Assembly: GCA_937923405.1 (NCBI GenBank)
Contig: CALDUY010000020.1
Span: 8,777-72,776, forward strand
DNA length: 64,000 nucleotides
Origin: an uncultured Gemmataceae bacterium
GTDB lineage: Bacteria > Planctomycetota > Planctomycetia > Gemmatales > Gemmataceae
Direction of reading: 5' to 3'
The position numbers and the translations under genes are program-made. Position 1 is the first letter of the stretch, and every line of letters starts with the position of its first letter. Positions 57,496 through 64,000 of the stretch are shown here, in pieces. Below the pieces are notes generated by a model. That model made no database searches and was not told where the DNA came from. It saw nothing but the letters and a program-made list of their open reading frames with translations.

Positions 57496-57945
57496 TCAGG
57501 CGTCTGGTTCGCCGTGCAGCAACTCGTCTAGCGAAAACGGACAGGTCGAGGGAAAGGAGTTTTCCGCTAGCCCTGTTTCAGCGCAGGCCTGGCGAACTCC
57601 ATTGACATACGCGCGAGGCAAGATCTCCTCGGCATGGCGAAACAGTGTTTTACTCTCCAGTAACTCGGCTAATTCCTGACGTTGGACTTCGATAGTCTCT
57701 CGCCAACTGCCACTGCGTCGTTCGGGTTGATAGCGCCATTTTAAGCGATGGGCCAGCAGAACGCTTAACCGACTGGTCACTTCTCGTCGATCGCGTCGAG
57801 CCATGTCGAATAGGTACTCACTCAGGTGACGATGATCCATCTCAGCGATGCGCCCCTGCTCCGCGAGTCGGGCCATCGCCTCAAGCCAAGCCGTCTCGTC
57901 CTGTTCGTACAGTTGCTCCAACGGTGTCATCGCCTGAGAGATCAT
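57496..57945 (-). CDS. DUF29 family protein
   Basis: LYEQDETAWLEAMARL ... helical DUF29 pattern. Internal Met start. Confidence 0.5.
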   Translation of the reverse strand: MISQAMTPLEQLYEQDETAWLEAMARLAEQGRIAEMDHRHLSEYLFDMARRDRREVTSRLSVLLAHRLKWRYQPERRSGSWRETIEVQRQELAELLESKTLFRHAEEILPRAYVNGVRQACAETGLAENSFPSTCPFSLDELLHGEPDA

Positions 57946-58160
57946 GGCACGGCTCAACAAATCACGCCTTTCACATTGGTTATAGCGATTTACTGTACCG
58001 AATCGATCGTGTAGACACAAATCGAACAGCTAGATGGAGCAGTTGTCAGAAGTTACTTTCGGTCGTAGCTTGGTTCTGAGATAACGATTGACGTTCCAGC
58101 TCTGGCGGGATAACCTCAGCACACCTACCCTGTGTGACCATTCGCGCGAGGACTCCCGCC

Positions 58161-60269
58161 ATGACCCGCCTGCTGTTTGTGCTGCTCGTCATTCCGACGG
58201 TCGCCTTGGCGTTTGATACCCAGCTTTTTCCCGACAAGGCCCGTCCCGAGGACCGTCGTCTGACCGTGGTTCGCACACTCAACGACAAGGACTTCTTCCT
58301 TCAGCCGCCGACAACTCGCCAAGCGTGGGAGGCACGTCGACAGCGCGTCCGCGAGCAACTGTTGGTGGCTCTGGGACTGTGGCCGATGCCGAACAAGACG
58401 CCGCTGCATCCAGTGATTCATGGTCGCATCGATCGCGAGGGCTACTCCGTCGAGAAGGTCTTCTTCGCCAGTCACCCTGGGCACTATGTGTCGGGCAACC
58501 TCTATCGCCCGCGCACCAAGGACGGTCAGCTCCCCGCGGGAAAACTCCCAGCGGTGCTGTGTCCTCATGGGCACTGGCGTGATGGCCGATTCTTCGATGC
58601 TGGACTGGCGGAAGCCAAGAAACAAGTCGCGAGCAAGGCCGAGCAAACCCTCGAAGGGGCACGCTATCCGTTGCAAGCGCGTTGTGCCCAGCTGGCGCGG
58701 CTGGGCTGCGTCGTCTTCTTCTACGACATGGTCGGCTATGCCGATAGCAAGTCGATTGGTCACGGGGCGTTCTCCGATGCCGACGCCGAGTTGCGGTTGC
58801 ACAACCTGATGGGGCTGCAAACCTGGAACAGCATCCGGGCTTTGGATTTTCTCACGTCGTTGCCCGAAGTCGATGCCCAACGAATCGGCGTCACCGGTGC
58901 CTCGGGAGGTGGCACGCAGACGTTCATTCTCTGCGCCATCGACGAGCGACCAGCGGCGGCGTTTCCGGCGGTGATGGTGTCCACGCAGATGCAGGGCGGC
59001 TGCGTGTGCGAGAACACCTCCTACCTACGCATCGGTACCGGTAATGTCGAGTTTACCGCTCTGTTTGCTCCGAAACCGCTGGCTCTGTCCGCCGCCAACG
59101 ACTGGACCATCGACATTGAGACGAAGGGACTTCCTGAACTAAAAAAGATCTACCAACTCTACGATGCTGAGGACAAAGTGACGGCACGCTGCTGGAAGGA
59201 GTTCGGCCACAACTACAACCAGCCCGCCCGCGAGATGATGTACAACTGGTTCAATCGCCACCTGAAATTGGGACACCCCGAGCCGATTGTCGAGCAGCCC
59301 TTCGTTCCGGTTCCGCCCGCCGAGCTGTCGGTCTATGATGAGAAGCATCCCCGACCTGCGGACAACGTCAACGCCGAGCGACTGCGGCAGTATCTCACCA
59401 CACTCCACGAGAAGCAATTGGCCGAGCTACAACCCAGGGACGCGGCCAAACTCGCCGAGTTTCGCCGTATCGTCGAGCCCGCCCTACGAGTGCTGTTGTG
59501 CAGTTCGCTGCCAGAACCGGCCACGGTGGAGGCTCGCGAGTACGGTTCGCCCAAGGTGAACGGCGCGACGGCCAAGGGCTACTTGCTGGGACGGCAGGGA
59601 CAGGGTGAACAGGTGCCGGTGGTTTGGCTTCAAGGAGCGTCCTTCAACGGCACCGTGGTGATCTGGGTCGATCCGCGCGGCAAAAGCAGTGTCGAGGTCG
59701 GGCAGCGTCTGGCGGATCCCGTCAAGAAGTTGCTCGATGCCGGAGCCGCAGTGCTGGCGGTCGATCTGTTCGGCACTGGGGAACTGACTCCCGAGAAGCC
59801 GATGCCGGTGGATCGCCGCTTCGCTGGCTACACTTTCGGCTACAATCGTCCGCTACTGGCCCAGCGCTGCCACGATCTGCTCACGACGATCGGCTTTGCT
59901 CGCCAACAGAAGGGAGTCAAACAGGTGCATCTCTTGGGCCGAGCCAGCGCGGGACCGTGGGTGCTGCTGGCCCGTGGATTGGCCGGAGATGTCGTCGCCC
60001 GAACCGCTGTCGATGCCCACCAATTTCGCTTCGAAAAGGTGCGGACACTGACCGACGAGATGATGTTGCCTGGAGCGTTGAAGTATGGTGGGCTGCCCGC
60101 CTTCACCGCTCTGGCCGCTCCTAACGAGTTGCTGATCCACCATGCGACTGGCACCGGCCTGGGCCGACTCGTCAAACAGGCGTACCAGGCCGCCAACGCC
60201 GAGGAAAAATTCACACATTACGGAGAGGAACTAGCGGAAGAAAAGCTCGTCGCCTGGCTGCTGCGCTGA
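58161..60269 (+). CDS. Secreted alpha/beta-hydrolase (acetyl-xylan-esterase / S9-peptidase-like)
   Basis: Signal peptide MTRLLFVLLVIPTVALA. GVTGASGGG nucleophile elbow (GxSxG). Dienelactone-hydrolase-like core. Confidence 0.65.
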   Translation: MTRLLFVLLVIPTVALAFDTQLFPDKARPEDRRLTVVRTLNDKDFFLQPPTTRQAWEARRQRVREQLLVALGLWPMPNKTPLHPVIHGRIDREGYSVEKVFFASHPGHYVSGNLYRPRTKDGQLPAGKLPAVLCPHGHWRDGRFFDAGLAEAKKQVASKAEQTLEGARYPLQARCAQLARLGCVVFFYDMVGYADSKSIGHGAFSDADAELRLHNLMGLQTWNSIRALDFLTSLPEVDAQRIGVTGASGGGTQTFILCAIDERPAAAFPAVMVSTQMQGGCVCENTSYLRIGTGNVEFTALFAPKPLALSAANDWTIDIETKGLPELKKIYQLYDAEDKVTARCWKEFGHNYNQPAREMMYNWFNRHLKLGHPEPIVEQPFVPVPPAELSVYDEKHPRPADNVNAERLRQYLTTLHEKQLAELQPRDAAKLAEFRRIVEPALRVLLCSSLPEPATVEAREYGSPKVNGATAKGYLLGRQGQGEQVPVVWLQGASFNGTVVIWVDPRGKSSVEVGQRLADPVKKLLDAGAAVLAVDLFGTGELTPEKPMPVDRRFAGYTFGYNRPLLAQRCHDLLTTIGFARQQKGVKQVHLLGRASAGPWVLLARGLAGDVVARTAVDAHQFRFEKVRTLTDEMMLPGALKYGGLPAFTALAAPNELLIHHATGTGLGRLVKQAYQAANAEEKFTHYGEELAEEKLVAWLLR

Positions 60270-60365
60270 CCAGGCAGTGACCGCTATCAACAGTGAACAT
60301 CCGTGTGCCTTTCAAGAGGCTGTACCAGAGTGCTGAGCGATTCGGATCGATCGGGTATGGGTCGT

Positions 60366-60493
60366 CGCAGGCTAAAGCCTGCGTTGTGAAGCGTGTTCGC
60401 AGGCTTTAGCCTGCGCGCACTACACTGAACCCCTGGCGCAGGCTGAAGCCTGCGGCTACCTGAGAGTTTGGTCGTCGCAGGCTTGAGCCTGCG
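60366..60493. repeat. Array of four REP-like palindromic units CGCAGGCTnnAGCCTGCG (loops aa, tt, ga, tg)
   Basis: Units at ~60366-60383, 60398-60415, 60437-60454 and 60476-60493. Units 1 and 4 share the 5' extension gGTCGTCGCAGGCT. Confidence 0.75.
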
Positions 60494-60632
60494 AATAGAT
60501 CTGAATTATCCGTAAACTCTCCTTGTCAGCGGACGTTTTGGTAAGAAACTCGGTCCTTCGCGACGACTTGCCAGGCGTGGCTGGGGACGGACAATAGCCC
60601 CAGCAGACGATTTCCTCCGCCGGAGCCGACCG

Positions 60633-61838
60633 ATGCGTACTACCTGGACGTTCTACACCGCTGGCCAATTGATCTTCGGTCGGGACGCGACTCGGCATCT
60701 CAATGAGGTGGCGCTGGAACTGCGGCTGAAGCGTGTATTGCTCATCACCGATCCGGTGTTGGTCGAGGCCGAACTCGTCGATCGCGTTCACGGACCACTT
60801 AGCGAGGCTGGCGTTACCGTCGAGCTGTTCACTGGTGGCGAGCCAGAACCATCGCTGAACGCGGCCTATCAGGCCATCAGCGTAGGCCGCGCGTTTCGTC
60901 CCGACAGCGTGCTGGGCCTGGGCGGCGGCAGCAACATGGATCTGGCCAAGATCGTCGCCACCGTGTTGGCGCATGGCGGCACACCCAACATGTACTTCGG
61001 CGATGGCAGGGTGCCTGGCCCAATCCTGCCGCTCATCTGCATTCCGACCACGTCGGGGACCGGCTCCGAAGTGTCCGCGGCCGCCGTGCTGACCGACAGC
61101 GAAAACCAGATGAAGGTTAGCACGCTAAGCAACTTCCTCCGCCCCAGTGTGGCCATCGTCGATCCACTACTCAGCGTGACCTGTCCGCCCAAGGTCACTG
61201 CCGACAGTGGCATCGATGCCTTGACGCACGCCATCGAGGCGTACACTGCGGTGGACAACGCTCGCTTTCCGCTGGGACCGGGCGAGCGCACCGTCTACCA
61301 GGGGAAGAATCCCTTCGCCGACCTGTTCGCCGAGCAAGCCATACGCTTGTGTGCCCAGTATCTGCGTCGCGCGGTCAAGAACGGCCAGGATCTTCAGGCG
61401 CGCGAAGGCATGTCGTTGGCCGCCACCCTGGGCGGACTGGCGTTTTCCAATGCCGGCGTGGCTATCGTGCATGCTCTGGAGTACCCCATCGGCGGCGCGA
61501 CCCACTGCTCGCACGGCGCGGGCAACGGTCTGCTGTTGCCCTACGTCATGCGCTACAACCTGCCGACGCGCGTCCGCGAGTTGGCCCGCATCGCCGAGCT
61601 GCTGGGCGAGGACGTGACCGGCCTCAGCGAGGAGCAAGCGGCCGAGCGAGCCATCACCGCCGTCGAACAGTTGCGTGCCGACATCGGCATTCCACTGCGT
61701 CTGCGCGACCTGGGCGTGACCGAGTCACAACTGCGCGGCTTTGCCGAGAAAGCCTTTCCGCTACGGCGCATTACCCGTGTCAATCCGCGTGAGGTCACGG
61801 TCGATTCGTTGGAAGCGATCCTCCGCGACGCGCTGTGA
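60633..61838 (+). CDS. Iron-containing (group III) alcohol dehydrogenase
   Basis: GGGSNMDLAKIVA, metal-binding His cluster (HALEYPIGG..H.SHG). Confidence 0.85.
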   Translation: MRTTWTFYTAGQLIFGRDATRHLNEVALELRLKRVLLITDPVLVEAELVDRVHGPLSEAGVTVELFTGGEPEPSLNAAYQAISVGRAFRPDSVLGLGGGSNMDLAKIVATVLAHGGTPNMYFGDGRVPGPILPLICIPTTSGTGSEVSAAAVLTDSENQMKVSTLSNFLRPSVAIVDPLLSVTCPPKVTADSGIDALTHAIEAYTAVDNARFPLGPGERTVYQGKNPFADLFAEQAIRLCAQYLRRAVKNGQDLQAREGMSLAATLGGLAFSNAGVAIVHALEYPIGGATHCSHGAGNGLLLPYVMRYNLPTRVRELARIAELLGEDVTGLSEEQAAERAITAVEQLRADIGIPLRLRDLGVTESQLRGFAEKAFPLRRITRVNPREVTVDSLEAILRDAL

Positions 61839-61839
61839 G

Positions 61840-62664
61840 TCACCAGCCGAAGAAGTAGAGCAACACCTTGTCCAGACGGGCGGCCCAGGCGGCTTCGTGG
61901 TGTTGACCGCCTGCCACTTCCCAGTAGTAGTAATCTCGCCCCGGCACCAGCCGCGCCTGGTCGAACGTCGCCACCAATTGCCGCGTCCGCTTCAGATGCG
62001 GCGTGAAAGGTCGCCGTGCCGTTCCCTCGCGCGTGCCCACACACAGCCAGAACCGCATCCGACGCATCCAGTCGTGATCGTGTTCGAGCGCCTGTAACGT
62101 GGCGGCGTTCGCCCACCACAAGGATGGCGACAGCACTCCGGCTAGAGCAAACACGTCATGATAGATTCGCGCCATTGCCAGGGTGATCAGCCCGCCCATC
62201 GAGGAGCCGACGATCGCGGTGTGGCGACGATCCCTCCATGTGCGATATTCGCGATCGATAAATGGCTTTACTTCCTCGAGGACAAAGCGAGCGTAGAGCA
62301 CGCCGCGGCCGCCCTCCTCGCGGGAGTCGTCGCGCTCGAACGAGTATTCGTCGTGTCGAGCCGGCGTGTTGTCGATCCCGACGAGTAGCACTGGCGGAAT
62401 ACGTCCCTCGCGAGTCAGTCGATCGGTGGTCGCGCCAGCACGCCAGCTCACGCCGAACGCAGCCCGTCCATCGTCGAAGATGTTCTGCCCATCGTGAAAG
62501 TAGACCACCGGATAACGGCGTGACGGTTCCTCATCATAGCCGGGGGGCAGATGCACCGTGATCGTTCGCTCGTTGCCCAGGATTTCCGAGGCGAACGCTT
62601 CATGCACGCGACGCTGGCCCGACTCATTCGACGGGGACCTGGCACGATGCTTCCGCCGCATCAC
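61840..62664 (-). CDS. Putative esterase (esterase D / enterochelin-esterase-like alpha/beta hydrolase)
   Basis: PVVYFHDGQN..., GSSMGG nucleophile motif. Confidence 0.7.
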   Translation of the reverse strand: MMRRKHRARSPSNESGQRRVHEAFASEILGNERTITVHLPPGYDEEPSRRYPVVYFHDGQNIFDDGRAAFGVSWRAGATTDRLTREGRIPPVLLVGIDNTPARHDEYSFERDDSREEGGRGVLYARFVLEEVKPFIDREYRTWRDRRHTAIVGSSMGGLITLAMARIYHDVFALAGVLSPSLWWANAATLQALEHDHDWMRRMRFWLCVGTREGTARRPFTPHLKRTRQLVATFDQARLVPGRDYYYWEVAGGQHHEAAWAARLDKVLLYFFGW

Positions 62665-63863
62665 AACGTCGCCTTCTCTGCGGGCGGCAGCACGGCTTGA
62701 TGATCCCGAGCGATGCGAGCCATGTAGTCGTTGAGCAACTCCTCGACACGTTCGCGGCGCGGCGAACGAACCACCAACCCAATGTGATATTTTTGATCCA
62801 GGCGGTAGAAAATTTCTGGATCCTGAAACGTCGAGGTATCAGGCCGTTCTTCCCGGGCCAGTGAGACCACCGCGCCGCCGAACTCTTGTCGTTGCCGAGG
62901 CAGGCGATACGTTCCCGGCTCGGCCAGTTCGATTGTTGCCCACTCCTCCCAGAGATTCAGGCCAGTTGCCGCCTCGGTCATATCCGAAATGCACGCTCCG
63001 CCGACCCGGTAGCTGGTCTCCAGGAAGTAAAACTTGCCATCGTCCCGCCCGCGGAGAAACTCGGTGTGCGAACAGCCGCGTTGCAATCCAAAGGCCGGCA
63101 GCAGCCGAGCGTTTAGCTCGCGCAGGGTGACAGCCTCGGCGGACTCGCGCGACAGCGTCTGCGTGGCAAAGACGCCGCCCCCCGACCAGACGTCGAGCAA
63201 CGGGCGATGGTACGCGCCTACCTCGGCGAAGACAACCTGGCCATCGACCACCAGCGAATCGACGTGATACAATTCCGAAGGCACGAAGCGTTCCAACAGA
63301 TGGTACGATGCCTCATCGCCCAACTCGGCGAGCCGGGCACGGACCTCGTCGGCCTGGTGCATTTTCTTGATGCCGATCGACGAAGCTTCGTGACGCGGTT
63401 TCATCAGCCACGGCGGCGGAACCGTGGCCAGGAATCGCTCGACGTCGGGCAGATGGAACAACGACGTGAACTCGGGCACGGCGAGACCCAGCTCGCGCGC
63501 CCGCAGCCGCATGGCCAACTTGTCGCGGAAGTGGCGAATGGTCGATAATCCCACTCCGGGAAGACGGAAATGTTCGCGTAAGGCGGCTCCCAACTCCACG
63601 TCGTAGTCATCCAGCGCGACGATACAATCGATCCTTTGTGTCCGCATCAGATAGGCGACGCCCTTGATGACCTCGGCCAGATTCGACAGGTCCGGCATGA
63701 CGAACAGATCGTCGAGATGCTCGCGATCCCAGGGGGAATGGCGTAAGCCTTCGAGGGTCAAGAGAAAGACGCGCGCCCCTTGCTGTTTGGCTCGCCGCAG
63801 AAAGCGGTTGCCCTTGAAGTACGAGCTAATGCACAGAATCGATCGGCCTTCGGCCATGACCAC
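62661..63863 (-). CDS. ATP-grasp domain protein (carboxylate-amine ligase-like)
   Basis: Pre-ATP-grasp plus ATP-grasp core (WLMKPRHEASSIGIKK, ELYHVDSLVV, FLETSYRVGG). ATGA overlap with the esterase gene. Confidence 0.65.
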   Translation of the reverse strand: MVMAEGRSILCISSYFKGNRFLRRAKQQGARVFLLTLEGLRHSPWDREHLDDLFVMPDLSNLAEVIKGVAYLMRTQRIDCIVALDDYDVELGAALREHFRLPGVGLSTIRHFRDKLAMRLRARELGLAVPEFTSLFHLPDVERFLATVPPPWLMKPRHEASSIGIKKMHQADEVRARLAELGDEASYHLLERFVPSELYHVDSLVVDGQVVFAEVGAYHRPLLDVWSGGGVFATQTLSRESAEAVTLRELNARLLPAFGLQRGCSHTEFLRGRDDGKFYFLETSYRVGGACISDMTEAATGLNLWEEWATIELAEPGTYRLPRQRQEFGGAVVSLAREERPDTSTFQDPEIFYRLDQKYHIGLVVRSPRRERVEELLNDYMARIARDHQAVLPPAEKATL

Positions 63864-64000
63864 CTCCAGTATGGATACCGCGCCTGGCCGTACTCTATGG
63901 AGGAATCACCTCCTTGAGGAGTCCTGTTCTAACGAGGAAGCGTAGTAGGGGGCCTATTCTCGGCGTCCCACTGTTGCGGGAGCGAGTGGTTTCTCTCGCG

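Noticed and set aside
58125-58880. 251-aa minus-strand ORF antisense to the alpha/beta hydrolase
   Set aside because: Shadow ORF. The plus frame has a signal peptide and GxSxG.

Overview
This window reads as a high-GC, densely coding chromosomal segment from a Planctomycetota-like genome. The markers for that are a PSCyt2-DUF1549-DUF1553 protein, a DUF1501 protein, DUF1080, a Ser/Thr kinase fused to FG-GAP/beta-propeller repeats, very large c-type cytochromes and low-complexity secreted proteins. I found no transposases, integrases, CRISPR arrays or obvious prophage content. Most genes are housekeeping: rpsA (partial), mtnA, IMPase, a P-type ATPase, fabI, metG, a dinG-like helicase, dprA, acyl-CoA dehydrogenase, Fe-ADH, tRNA-Glu and larB. 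The most notable block is a co-directional minus-strand respiratory module at 1063-11886. It encodes a Rieske protein, a split cytochrome b (a b6-like N-terminal part plus a 440-aa subunit-IV-like part), a giant 1759-aa coiled-coil octaheme cytochrome c, two tandem amicyanin-like cupredoxins and a DUF1080 protein. I read this as a b6f-like complex with a cupredoxin electron acceptor. Other points of interest are a family of 18-bp palindromic REP-like elements (CGCAGGCTnnAGCCTGCG) in three intergenic loci, and a cluster of three GC-rich hairpins downstream of the P-type ATPase. A kinase/beta-propeller gene is apparently split by a frameshift at a C6 homopolymer. A BY-kinase-like protein with a degenerate Walker A sits next to an ExeA-like AAA ATPase. 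An ABC-2 permease/CPBP protease fusion is translationally coupled to a VOC protein. There is also an NfeD-flotillin operon. Coordinates of non-ORF features (hairpins, tRNA) may be off by 1-2 nt.
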